From Lysobacterales bacterium (lineage in GTDB: Bacteria; Pseudomonadota; Gammaproteobacteria; Xanthomonadales; Xanthomonadaceae): DNA of 64,000 nucleotides. Numbering within the stretch: the stretch's first letter is position 1; each line of letters opens with the position of its first letter. A program made the translations under genes and the position numbers. This document shows positions 54,627-64,000 of the stretch, piece after piece. Where the stretch lies: positions 19,938 through 83,937 of the forward strand of contig JAGRJY010000006.1 of assembly GCA_020442465.1 (NCBI GenBank), given 5' to 3'. Under the pieces are notes generated by a model that was not told the DNA's origin, did no database searches, and worked only from the letters and a program-made list of their open reading frames with translations.

Positions 54627-55760
54627 TCAGGCTCCTTCGACGCGTGTCTTGGTCGCGGCGTGCTTGATCTCGCCGCCGTGGGTCAGGCAGGTGCCCAGCA
54701 CGAGGTCATCCTCCCAGTCGAGATGCAGCGCACCGTCCTTGACCATCAGGGACAGGAAGTTGAACAGGTTGCGCGAGTACATGTCGCTGGCGTGCAGCGC
54801 GCCCATGCTCGGCAGATTCAGCGGGCCGACGATCGAGACGCCGTTGTGCTCGATGGTTTCCCCCGGCTTGGTCAACGCGCAGTTGCCGCCGGTCTCGGCT
54901 GCCAGGTCGACGATGACGCTGCCGGGCTTCATGCCCTCGACCATGGCCGCACTGATGATCTTCGGCGCAGGACGCCCCGGCACGGCGGCCGTGGTGACGA
55001 TGACATCGACGTTCTTCAGGTGCTCACCAAGGCGGCGCTGCTGTTCGGCGCGCTCTTCCGCAGTGAGTTCGCGGGCATAACCACCGGTTCCCGCAGCGGA
55101 CACGCCGAGGTCGAGGAATTTTGCGCCGAGCGATTCGATCTGCTCCTTCACCTCCGGACGCACGTCGAAACCTTCGACCTGGGCACCGAGGCGACGGGCG
55201 GTGGCGATGGCCTGCAATCCTGCGACACCCGCGCCCACCACCAGCACTTTGGACGGCCGGATCGTTCCGGCGGCGGTGGTCAGCATCGGGAAGAACTTGC
55301 CGGAGACCTGGGCGCCGATCAGCACCGCCTTGTAGCCGGCCATGCCAGCCTGCGAGCTCAGCACGTCCATGGCTTGTGCGCGGGTCGTGCGCGGCAGCAG
55401 TTCCATGGCGAACGCGGTCACCTTTCGATCACGCAGTGCCTTGATGCGCTCGTCGTCGGCATGCGGAGAGAGGTAGCCGATCAGCACGCTACCTTCGCGC
55501 AGATCCTTGATCTGCTCGAGCGTCGGCGGCTGCACCTTGAGCAGCACGTCCGCCTTGACGATGACCTGATCGCCGTGTTCGCCGATCGCCGACCCCACCG
55601 CGGCATAGGCTTCGTCGTGGATGTGCGCGCGTGCACCGATACCTTGCTCGACAAGCAGGTCGGCTCCCAGCCCTTTCAGCTTCTTCGCAATCTCGGGCGT
55701 GAGCGCAACCCGGCGCTCGTTCGGCGCAGTCTCGCGGACCGCAGCAATGGTGATCGGCAT
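54627..55760 (-). CDS. pntAA: NAD(P) transhydrogenase subunit alpha part 1
   Basis: ERRVALTP, RAQAMDVLSSQ, GAGVAGLQA, DLAAETGGNC. Confidence 0.95.
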   Translation of the reverse strand: MPITIAAVRETAPNERRVALTPEIAKKLKGLGADLLVEQGIGARAHIHDEAYAAVGSAIGEHGDQVIVKADVLLKVQPPTLEQIKDLREGSVLIGYLSPHADDERIKALRDRKVTAFAMELLPRTTRAQAMDVLSSQAGMAGYKAVLIGAQVSGKFFPMLTTAAGTIRPSKVLVVGAGVAGLQAIATARRLGAQVEGFDVRPEVKEQIESLGAKFLDLGVSAAGTGGYARELTAEERAEQQRRLGEHLKNVDVIVTTAAVPGRPAPKIISAAMVEGMKPGSVIVDLAAETGGNCALTKPGETIEHNGVSIVGPLNLPSMGALHASDMYSRNLFNFLSLMVKDGALHLDWEDDLVLGTCLTHGGEIKHAATKTRVEGA

Positions 55761-55956
55761 GGCACCCCCAAGTGGAACTCCCGGCGGAGGATGCTAGCGC
55801 AAGCCGCGGAACTTTGTATTGAGCCATGCGCTGCCGACACACGGGCAACCCGCCGGCAGTGGTCCCGGGGCGGTCCGCCCGGGACGACAGAATGAACGAG
55901 GCCCGGAACCCTTTGCAGGGACCGGGCCTCGCGGACACTCGGGATGCCGCCCGGGA

Positions 55957-58383
55957 TCAGCCGGTCTGGCTATCGGGGAGCGAATCCCTCAGCTTGCCAA
56001 GGACGTTCGTCAAGGCGCGCTCGAACGCGCTGTCGGCCACGCGCAGAGTCAGCTTGCCCTGCTTCATCATCACCGCCAGCTCTTCTACCGACGCCGCGCA
56101 CTGGCGCGCACCACGACGGTTGACGAACAGCAGCCGGGACGAGATCGGGCTGATCCAGCTCAGCTTGGCCGGATGCGACTCGCCGGACTCGTCGACGAAC
56201 TCCACCCAGGCACCCAGGGTCAGCGCGCGGATCCGCTCGGCGTCAGCCGGATCGAACTCCATCGTATCCGTGCCGCCCACCACTTCGAGCGCGGGCTGGG
56301 CTTCGGGATCGGCCGCGGGCTGGTCGCCTGCCGGGGCAGACTCGGCCGCGGCAACCGGCTGCTCCGCCTCGACTTCGGGCGCCTCGGTCGGCGCGGTCTC
56401 GCCGCGGATCGGCATCGGCACCACCACGGCGCTCGGCTGAACCGGACGCGCGGCCACCGCAGGCGCTTCCGGCGCCGGCGCTTCCGGCGTCATCGAGCGC
56501 ATGGCCACGGGCAGGGCGATTTCCTTGGCGAGCTGCAGCTGGCCGAGGCGAATGTGGTCGAGCACCGTGCGGGCCGCGGCCAGCACATCTTCGGCGCCCG
56601 GACCGACCACGCCCGAACTCGCCAGCACGGGCAGCAGCATGTCGGCCAGGTCGGCCGGCGGATGCGCGCCGTTCTCGCAGTCGAGGAACGCCCACCAGAG
56701 CGCCTCGCCGCCACGCCGGGCTTCGATATAGCGCTGCGACGCAGGACCCTCGCGCAGGAAGGTCACGGCGAGGTGATGCGTCCAGAATCGGCTCAGCAGC
56801 ACGTCGTACACCGGCGGAAGCTCGCGCGCGCCCATCAGGCTGGCGAGCTCCATCGACGCCATGATGCGCGCCTCTTCCAGCCGCTCCTTGCCACGCTGGG
56901 CCTCGGCGGCGCGGCGCTCGGCAAGCTCGACGCGCTTGCGATACTGCTCGAAGTAGGCTTTGAACTCGCCCTCGAGCTCGGTGAAGATTGCCAGGTCTTC
57001 GTTGAAATCGGCGTTCAGTCGGCTGACCACCTGGTTGACCTGGCTGAGCAGGTCGCGCTCGGAGGGCGTGTCGCCCTTGTTGCCGTCGCAGGCTTCGGCC
57101 AGCTCGTTGAGTAGCTGGCGCGCCGGATGCGTCTTGAGGTCGAACAGGTGCTGGTCAAGCATGGCCGCGCGGGCATAGGGCACCGACATGCGGACGAAAT
57201 TGCGGCGGACCGACTGCTCGTAGCTGCGCTGGCTGAGCAGTACGTCGAACAGCATGCCGATCAGGAACACCGAGTGCTCATCCTGCTCGGACAGCTCGCC
57301 GCCGGTGACGCCGGTGATGCTCGTCACCTGACGCAGCACTTCCTGCCGCAGCAACGAGCTCAAGGAAGCCTGCGGGTCGTCAGCGGCGCGCAGCAGCGCC
57401 GAGCTCGGCTCCTGCTGCATCACGCGCATCGCAGAGCGAACTTCGGGCGTGGCGACCACGCGCTCCTCGGAGGGGCGGTGGCCCACCGAACGCTGCGCGG
57501 CCAGCACCGCATGACACAGGTCACGGACCGACGCGTAGATGTCGTCGATCGACTCGTGCGGATGCTGTGAACCGCCCTGGGTGACGCCACTCGGCCGCAT
57601 CGCTGTGCGCTTGGCGCCAGGCACGTAGATGGAGCCCTGGTCCTGGCGATCACCCACCAACTGGCGGGTGATGTTGGGATCCGGCTCATGCGCGGGTCGT
57701 GCGGCTTCCTGCGGCAGCTCGATGCCAAGCTGGGTAAGACGCAGATTGACTTCGGTGTACAGCGCCGCCACCGCATTCGACAGCTCGCGCTCGAACAGCT
57801 TGTACAGGACGAGCTTGGTGTTCAACACCAGGGCCAAACCTTCCAGGCCGTGACGGAACGCCAGGCTGGCGTGCACCGGACCCACGGGGTTGGCGCTCGA
57901 TTCCAGGGATTCGACGCCACAAAGCACAGCGATGCGCTGATTGAGCTGAACCAGGGCCTCGGTGTGCTTGCGTTCGACGAAGGCGGCGATCTGCTCGGCC
58001 GCGAGCTGCTCTTCCAGCTCATCGGCTTCGACCAGGCTCAGGCCCTTGCGGCGCAGTTCGATCTGCTGCGCGACGGTGCCGATCAACGGTTCGCCGCGTT
58101 CGAAGGCGTCAAAAGCGTGGGTCAGGTGCTCGCGAAAACGCTGCTCGATCTGCGGCCGATTCTTGCGCAGCTCGCGCATGGCGCTGAACAGTGAATTCTG
58201 CTCGTCCGGATTCGATGTCTTCTGCACCTTGTCGAACAGCGCATCGTCGGCCTGATCCAGCACTTCGGCGACGGCGGCAGGAAGTCGACGGAAGGCAAGC
58301 GTCCGAAACGCACCCATGGCGTCGGCACGAATAGCCCCGGTACGGGCTGTGCTACGGTCGGAAGGGTTGACGGGCGCGTTCAT
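55957..58383 (-). CDS. DUF1631-family protein
   Basis: LSLVEADELEEQLA, HPARQLLN, KLSWISPISSRLLFVNRRG; family recalled from motifs, not searched. Confidence 0.75.
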   Translation of the reverse strand: MNAPVNPSDRSTARTGAIRADAMGAFRTLAFRRLPAAVAEVLDQADDALFDKVQKTSNPDEQNSLFSAMRELRKNRPQIEQRFREHLTHAFDAFERGEPLIGTVAQQIELRRKGLSLVEADELEEQLAAEQIAAFVERKHTEALVQLNQRIAVLCGVESLESSANPVGPVHASLAFRHGLEGLALVLNTKLVLYKLFERELSNAVAALYTEVNLRLTQLGIELPQEAARPAHEPDPNITRQLVGDRQDQGSIYVPGAKRTAMRPSGVTQGGSQHPHESIDDIYASVRDLCHAVLAAQRSVGHRPSEERVVATPEVRSAMRVMQQEPSSALLRAADDPQASLSSLLRQEVLRQVTSITGVTGGELSEQDEHSVFLIGMLFDVLLSQRSYEQSVRRNFVRMSVPYARAAMLDQHLFDLKTHPARQLLNELAEACDGNKGDTPSERDLLSQVNQVVSRLNADFNEDLAIFTELEGEFKAYFEQYRKRVELAERRAAEAQRGKERLEEARIMASMELASLMGARELPPVYDVLLSRFWTHHLAVTFLREGPASQRYIEARRGGEALWWAFLDCENGAHPPADLADMLLPVLASSGVVGPGAEDVLAAARTVLDHIRLGQLQLAKEIALPVAMRSMTPEAPAPEAPAVAARPVQPSAVVVPMPIRGETAPTEAPEVEAEQPVAAAESAPAGDQPAADPEAQPALEVVGGTDTMEFDPADAERIRALTLGAWVEFVDESGESHPAKLSWISPISSRLLFVNRRGARQCAASVEELAVMMKQGKLTLRVADSAFERALTNVLGKLRDSLPDSQTG

Positions 58384-58566
58384 GGCAATCTCGAGTTGGA
58401 CACGGGCGAATCGCCTCGGAAGCAATGATGGGCGGGGCGACCGCAATATATCGTGACGCAGTCAACGGATGATGCCGGGTAAACCGCCAACTCCGTTACA
58501 GTTTGCAAATCATTTTTGGCCGAATCCCGCCTTCAGGTGCCGCAGCGGGTCACAAACGGAGCGTGC

Positions 58567-59148
58567 ATGCACCGCAAACACAGCCTGCTGGACCTGCTCG
58601 CCGGGCGACGATCGACCCCTTCCCTGCAGCTCTCCGGCCCGGGGCCGACGGACGCGGAGCTCGATGCCATGCTTCGCGAAGCCGTCAGGGTACCCGATCA
58701 CGGCAAGCTCGCGCCATGGCGCGTCATCGCGATCCGCGATGCCGACGTCGCCCGCTTCGGCGAATGGACTGCCGCCCATCACGCAGCGGTTGATCCGACG
58801 CTGCCCGATGCGGCGCGCGAGAAAGACCGCCTTCGCTACGCGCACGCGTCCTGTGTGCTGGTCGTGGTGGCTTCGGTCACGCCCGGCCACAAGGTGCCGG
58901 AGTGCGAGCAGCTGCTCTCCGCCGGCTGTGTCGCATTCTCACTCCTGCTTGCAGCCCACGGCCTGGGATTCGCGGCGCAGTGGCTGACCGGATGGGCAGC
59001 GTACGACGCTGCAGTGCATGACCAGCTCGGACTGGCGCCCAACGAGAACATCGTCGGATTCATCCACATCGGGCGCAGCACGGTCGAACCACCCGAACGG
59101 GTGCGCCCCGACCCTACCGCCAAGCTCACCCACTGGAGTCCAGCGTGA
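58567..59148 (+). CDS. Nitroreductase (YdjA-like)
   Basis: RRS, RVPDHGKLAPWR, AQWLTGW, GFIHIG. Confidence 0.88.
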   Translation: MHRKHSLLDLLAGRRSTPSLQLSGPGPTDAELDAMLREAVRVPDHGKLAPWRVIAIRDADVARFGEWTAAHHAAVDPTLPDAAREKDRLRYAHASCVLVVVASVTPGHKVPECEQLLSAGCVAFSLLLAAHGLGFAAQWLTGWAAYDAAVHDQLGLAPNENIVGFIHIGRSTVEPPERVRPDPTAKLTHWSPA

Positions 59149-60035
59149 TGCAGCCGGTCCTACTGGTGGACGCGAGCGTCTATGTGTTTCGCGCCTGGCA
59201 CTCGCTGCCGGAGGACATCCTTGATGCCGACGGCGAGCCGGCCCAGGCCGTGCACGGTTTCTCCCGCTTCCTGCTTGAACTGCTGGAGCGCACGCGCCCG
59301 CGGCACGTACTCGTCGCCTTCGATGAAGCCTTGGAGAGTTCATTCCGCAACGCCTGGTACCCGCCCTACAAGGCCAATCGCGATCCCGCGCCCGAGTCGC
59401 TGAAACGACAGTTCAAGGGCTGCCGTGCGGTCGCCGAAGCGCTGGGACTGACAGCACTCAGCGACAGCAGCTACGAAGCCGACGATCTGATCGGCAGTGC
59501 GCAGCATCGCTTGCGCGCTGCCGGGTTTCCGGCACTGATCGTCTCGGCGGACAAGGATCTGTCGCAGCTGCTGCGGGATGGCGACGAGCAATGGGACTAC
59601 GCCCGGCAGAATCGTTGGGGGCCGGAAGGCGTGCGTGAGCGATACGGGGCGGTGCCGGAGGCGATCGCCGACTTTCTTGGCCTGACCGGCGATGCCGTCG
59701 ACAACATTCCCGGCGTGCCGGGCATCGGCCCGAAGACGGCGAGTGCCCTGCTCGATCATTTTGCCACGCTGGAGCAGGTGCTCGAGCGTGTCGACGAGGT
59801 GCCTTTCCTGCGCATTCGCGGCGCCGCCAGCCATGCCCGCCGGCTGAAGGAGCACGCCGACCAGGCGCGATTGTCAAAGCGGCTCGCGACGATCGTATGC
59901 GACGCCCGCGTGCCCGAACAGCCCGAGGACTACCTGCGACGTCCGATCAATGAGGCTCAGCTTCACCAGGTTTTCGACCGCTATCGGATCGGCCCACTCA
60001 GTCGACGACGGGCGCTGTCGCTGTCTTTCGACTGA
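59145..60035 (+). CDS. Stand-alone 5'-3' exonuclease/flap endonuclease
   Basis: LLVDAS, YKANR, EADDLIG, DKDL, GDAVDNIPGVPGIGPKTA. Confidence 0.9.
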   Translation: MMQPVLLVDASVYVFRAWHSLPEDILDADGEPAQAVHGFSRFLLELLERTRPRHVLVAFDEALESSFRNAWYPPYKANRDPAPESLKRQFKGCRAVAEALGLTALSDSSYEADDLIGSAQHRLRAAGFPALIVSADKDLSQLLRDGDEQWDYARQNRWGPEGVRERYGAVPEAIADFLGLTGDAVDNIPGVPGIGPKTASALLDHFATLEQVLERVDEVPFLRIRGAASHARRLKEHADQARLSKRLATIVCDARVPEQPEDYLRRPINEAQLHQVFDRYRIGPLSRRRALSLSFD

Positions 60036-60106
60036 TCGTCCCGCGCGTCGCAGTCCGGGTTCCGGCGCCGAACGCCGAGCGACTGCGACACCGCGGGAGG
60101 CGACGC

Positions 60107-61474
60107 TCAGTCCGGCTTGGCCGCCTCGGTCTCGCCGAACTTCAGGTCGGTCGCGAATACCACCTGGGACTGCAATGCTTCGGCATCCCGGGGCAGCCCG
60201 AAGCGGTCGTATTGACCCTTCTGGCTATTGCCGAGTACCAGCAGGCGGTCGCCATCGAGGCTGGCCGCGGTGGGCCGTGGCATCGCAGTCCGATTGGCTT
60301 CCAGGGGCTGGGTGCCGACCACGCTGCGCCCATCTTCCGACAGCTTGACGCGCATGATCCGGGGCGGATTCATGCCGCCTTGCACGAAAGCGAGCTGATT
60401 GCGCCACCACACCAACCCCTCGATGCCACCCAGCGCGAGATTCGGGCCAGGTAGCACTTCGAACGGCTTGCCGGCCACCAGATCGAAACCGAACAGGCCG
60501 CGCTCGTGGTCGGCGAAGTACAGCGTCTTGCCGTCGCCGGACACCGCCATGCCACGCACGCTGCCGAGAATCGGCGCATGGAACAGGCGCTTGAGCTGGT
60601 CGTCCTTGATCAGATAAGCCGCGTTGTTCACGCCATCGGCGGCGAACACCGTGCCGTCGGGCGCCAGCGCCAGGCTCGACATGAAAAAGTTCTGCCCGGG
60701 CACCGTCGGCGACAGGAACCGCTTGATGAACTTGCCGGTCTTGAGATCGAACTTGAACACGCCCGCGCGGCCGAGATCGCGTTCGGCGTTGTAGCGCTTG
60801 AAGTGCGGCACCGCGGTGGAGGCTACCCAGAGCAAATTGCGCTGTGCATCGACGGCGAGGTCGAGCACCGCCCACATGCCGTTCTCTTCGTTGGCCTCGA
60901 CAAGAGTCTTGAGCGTGCCGTCCGGCTGCACCACGGAAACGCTACCGTCGCGTGCGCTGCCGACCAGCACTTTCTTCCGCGTACTGTCCCAGGCAAGGCT
61001 CTCGAGCAGAAGGTCCTGGGCCGGCAAGTTCGCCACCACCTTGCCCTCGCCGAATTCCTGGCGATTGGTCGCCAACCCCTTGACGATGTACTCCCAGGCT
61101 TCGGTCGTCGCCACCGGCTTGAAGCGCGGGTCATCCTCGGCCTTGTACGCATATCCCTGGGCCTGGAGCTCAAGCAGGCCGTTGTAGGCCTCGGTCTTGC
61201 GGTCCAGCGAGGCAAACGCCGCAGACATGTCGTACTTGTACTGACCGATGTGTGGGCGGAGCGCCACCATGCGACGCCATGCACGCGCCTCGCTGTCTGC
61301 GTCGCCGGCCTTGCGGTAGCCGAGTGCGGCCCGCATCACTTCGGCCGGCTCTTTCACGGTGGCCAGCTTGTAGTCGAGCTCGTTGAGCTCGGCGGGGCGT
61401 CTGGGTTGCTTCAGCATCTGGGCCTGGCAACCCAGGCTGCTGACGAACAGGATGACGAAGAGCAGTACACGCAT
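60107..61474 (-). CDS. Secreted TPR plus beta-propeller (SMP-30-like) protein
   Basis: Signal peptide; ESLAWD, propeller-like repeats, GIEGL. Confidence 0.65.
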   Translation of the reverse strand: MRVLLFVILFVSSLGCQAQMLKQPRRPAELNELDYKLATVKEPAEVMRAALGYRKAGDADSEARAWRRMVALRPHIGQYKYDMSAAFASLDRKTEAYNGLLELQAQGYAYKAEDDPRFKPVATTEAWEYIVKGLATNRQEFGEGKVVANLPAQDLLLESLAWDSTRKKVLVGSARDGSVSVVQPDGTLKTLVEANEENGMWAVLDLAVDAQRNLLWVASTAVPHFKRYNAERDLGRAGVFKFDLKTGKFIKRFLSPTVPGQNFFMSSLALAPDGTVFAADGVNNAAYLIKDDQLKRLFHAPILGSVRGMAVSGDGKTLYFADHERGLFGFDLVAGKPFEVLPGPNLALGGIEGLVWWRNQLAFVQGGMNPPRIMRVKLSEDGRSVVGTQPLEANRTAMPRPTAASLDGDRLLVLGNSQKGQYDRFGLPRDAEALQSQVVFATDLKFGETEAAKPD

Positions 61475-61543
61475 CGGCGATGACTCGAACGCTGGGAGAC
61501 CCCGCTGCGACCGCAATTCCCGGCCAAGGTTCCCCGTAACCTG

Positions 61544-63349
61544 TCAGAGGATCAGCGCGTCGCCGGGACCTGCCCGCTCCTGCTCCTGCGCGAGCACGTG
61601 CACACGGTTGCGGCCCGAACCCTTGGCCCCGTCCGAGGCCCGTTCGGCGCGGTCGAGCACGCGTTGGCCGACCGTGTCGGCTGGCGCCGCTTCGGCAACA
61701 CCGATGCTGACGGTGATTTTCACCGTGCCGTTCCCGGCCGGCACACGCAGCGCCGCGACTTCGGCACGAATGTTCTCGGCGACTTTGCGCGCTTGCTCCG
61801 CACTGTGATTGGGCAACAGCACGGCGAATTCGTCGCCCCCTTCGCGAAATACCGCGCCCTGCTCGTCCAGCTGATCACGGATCACATCGGCAATGGCGCG
61901 CAGGCACGCATCACCGACCGGAATGCCCTGCTTCTCGTTGAGCGGCTTGAAGTGGTCAAGATCGACGAACAGGACAGTGAGGGGCTCCTTCTGCTTGGCG
62001 GCCTCACGCACCAGCGAGTCGAGCCGAGTCATGCCCGCGCGCTTGCTGATCACCCCGGTCAGCGCATCGAGATCGGCTTCGCGCTTGAGCGCCACCCGTT
62101 CCGCAGCCTCTTCGATCGTGTCCATGGTCAAATCGACGAGATCGGCCATTTCTTCGAGCTCGGATTGGCTGAACTGCGCACCGCTGCGCCGGCGCAGGAT
62201 CAGCGCGCCCCAGCCCGGACGCGGCACGCCCAGCGGCACCACGGCGTACTGCGGCGCGGTCGCCGCATCGGCCTTTTCCTCCAAGGTCAGCGGCAACTGC
62301 ACGGGCCGTCGTGAGCGGCAAATGCCCTGCAGCGTGACCGATCGCCCGGCCAGCAGGGCGGCGAATGCTTCCTTGCTGCCCATCGGCTCGGTGAGTTCGT
62401 AGTCGAAGTCGCGGTAGCCCTTGGCCACCACGGCGGCGAACTCCGCGCCAATGCGGCCCTGCACCGACTGGGCAAGCAAGCGCCACGCCTGCCATTCCAG
62501 ATCGGTCTCCAACTGCGAAGTCTTGCCGAGCTCTTTGAGATCACCGGCGAACTGCTGGCGATGCCGCACCACGGCCAAATGGGCGCTGCTCTGCGCGTGC
62601 TGCTCGAGGGTGGCCTCGTGGGCGACCCGCAGCGTCACCAGGCGGTCGCTCAGGGCAATGAACAGGCCCAACACCGCGATCGCGCCCAGCGGGGCGAACG
62701 CCGCGCGCAACCCGGCGCCGTTGTTCCACCAGCCGTGCGCTTCCGCCAGCGGCACCCATGCGGACAGGGCCAGCATCACCGCCAGCAGACTCATGAACCA
62801 GGCCATCCGCGAGCCATTGAGCGCGAAACGGAGGGCGAGCGGCACGCACAGCGACAGCCCGATCGCGCCGACTGCTCCCACAGCGCCCAGTGCGGACGCC
62901 TGCCCGACGAAGGGCAGCAGCCAGGACACCACGCCAAGCGCCGCCAGCGCCCAACCCAGTCGATCCAGCCAGGGCGACCATGCGTGCGGCCCCGAGTCGG
63001 CCGCCAGCATCGTCGACGAGAACATCAGCGCGGCGCCCGCTGTGAGCAGCACCCATCCGGACACCCCGTGGCTGCTGGCAGCTGCGCCGAGCATGCCGCC
63101 ACATGAGGCAAACAGTCCGGCGAGCGCCAGCGCGAGGATGCACAGCCGTCGATAGGCGCGCACGCGCAGGCCGATGGCCAGTGCCATGCTGGCGGCGGTG
63201 ACGCTGACCAGCGAGGCGATGCTGGCCACCAACGGGGTAAAGATTTCCGCCGCCATCGACGGACCGGCGGTGGCCTCGGCGCTGCAACACAGCGCGCCCA
63301 ACAGCAGCCAGCGCATGCCCGGCGCGTGGTTCCGCCCGGTTGGAATCAT
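61544..63349 (-). CDS. Multi-TM diguanylate cyclase
   Basis: Several TM helices, DALTG, DLDHFK, REGGDEF; ATGA overlap with the upstream gene. Confidence 0.85.
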   Translation of the reverse strand: MIPTGRNHAPGMRWLLLGALCCSAEATAGPSMAAEIFTPLVASIASLVSVTAASMALAIGLRVRAYRRLCILALALAGLFASCGGMLGAAASSHGVSGWVLLTAGAALMFSSTMLAADSGPHAWSPWLDRLGWALAALGVVSWLLPFVGQASALGAVGAVGAIGLSLCVPLALRFALNGSRMAWFMSLLAVMLALSAWVPLAEAHGWWNNGAGLRAAFAPLGAIAVLGLFIALSDRLVTLRVAHEATLEQHAQSSAHLAVVRHRQQFAGDLKELGKTSQLETDLEWQAWRLLAQSVQGRIGAEFAAVVAKGYRDFDYELTEPMGSKEAFAALLAGRSVTLQGICRSRRPVQLPLTLEEKADAATAPQYAVVPLGVPRPGWGALILRRRSGAQFSQSELEEMADLVDLTMDTIEEAAERVALKREADLDALTGVISKRAGMTRLDSLVREAAKQKEPLTVLFVDLDHFKPLNEKQGIPVGDACLRAIADVIRDQLDEQGAVFREGGDEFAVLLPNHSAEQARKVAENIRAEVAALRVPAGNGTVKITVSIGVAEAAPADTVGQRVLDRAERASDGAKGSGRNRVHVLAQEQERAGPGDALIL

Positions 63350-63621
63350 GCGAACAACACCGTCATGCCATCCGCGCCCGACAGGTCTTCGGCCGCCTCG
63401 TCGTCGGTCTCCGCGAACTCCTCCATCTGCTGCAGCAGCGCTCGCGCCCGCTCGACGTCCTCGTTCTTGACCCAGACTCCGACCAGACCGGTCACCGGCA
63501 GCTCGCCCAGCGCGCCAGTCAGCCACTCCCCGCGAACCTCGGCTCGCAGCCCATCGGCCTCAAGCCGGCCGCGCACCAGATGTGCTTCGAATGCGTTTTC
63601 CGCCGTGAAGATCTGGATCAT
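63346..63621 (-). CDS. DUF2007-like small protein
   Basis: EAHLVRGRLEADGL, GALGELP, DVERARALL. Confidence 0.75.
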   Translation of the reverse strand: MIQIFTAENAFEAHLVRGRLEADGLRAEVRGEWLTGALGELPVTGLVGVWVKNEDVERARALLQQMEEFAETDDEAAEDLSGADGMTVLFA

Positions 63622-63764
63622 GGCTCCCCCGACCCGGTTCAACGCGAGCATACCCCCAGATGCGCACCGAACGAAACGGCAGGCCGCAGCCCGCGATCCC
63701 TCATGCGGGACTCGTGGAGCGGGCGCACGGGTAGAATGGGCGCATTCATCCGCTGAACCGATCC

Positions 63765-64000
63765 ATGACCTCTGCCGACCCCATCCCCTCCTCCGCGTCC
63801 GACCATGCCGCGGAACCGATCCGACGCGACTTCATCCGACAGATCATCCGCGACGACCTCGACGAACGACGGCACGAAGGCGTGCATACCCGGTTTCCGC
63901 CGGAGCCCAACGGCTATCTGCACATCGGGCACGCCAAGTCGTTGGTCCTGAATTTCGGCATCGCCGAGGAGTTCGGTGGCACCTGCAACCTGCGGTTCGA
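63765..64000 (+). CDS. glnS: Glutaminyl-tRNA synthetase, 5' part (runs off the window)
   Basis: Manual translation: [38 protein letters not shown]; absent from the ORF track because it has no stop in the window. Confidence 0.93.
   Translation, partial: MTSADPIPSSASDHAAEPIRRDFIRQIIRDDLDERRHEGVHTRFPPEPNGYLHIGHAKSLVLNFGIAEEFGGTCNLRF

Overview
High-GC gammaproteobacterial chromosome segment. Gene content and order suggest Xanthomonadales/Lysobacterales; this is an inference. Most of it is housekeeping: gluQ-phbB-smr, pyrG-kdsA-eno-ftsB-ispDF-truD, parE, maf-rng-yhdP, thiS/thiG-trmB, mscL, gap, sua5, pntAA/AB/B and the start of glnS. Signalling genes are interspersed: four GGDEF/EAL proteins, two Ser/Thr kinase-TPR proteins and a two-component pair. 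The standout is a 2,704-nt group II intron (34827->32124, minus strand, IIB/CL1-like, intact RT-maturase-HNH ORF) inserted in the anticodon stem of the chromosomal tRNA-Gly(CCC) gene. Inside domain IV, 16 nt upstream of its RT ORF, the intron carries a second complete 74-nt tRNA-Gly(CCC). This cargo tRNA keeps the cloverleaf through compensatory changes but is altered at the IBS2 and IBS3 positions the intron recognises. It therefore looks like a self-complementing retroelement carrying an insertion-resistant replacement of its own target gene. All structural assignments were made by eye; no searches or folding programs were run.
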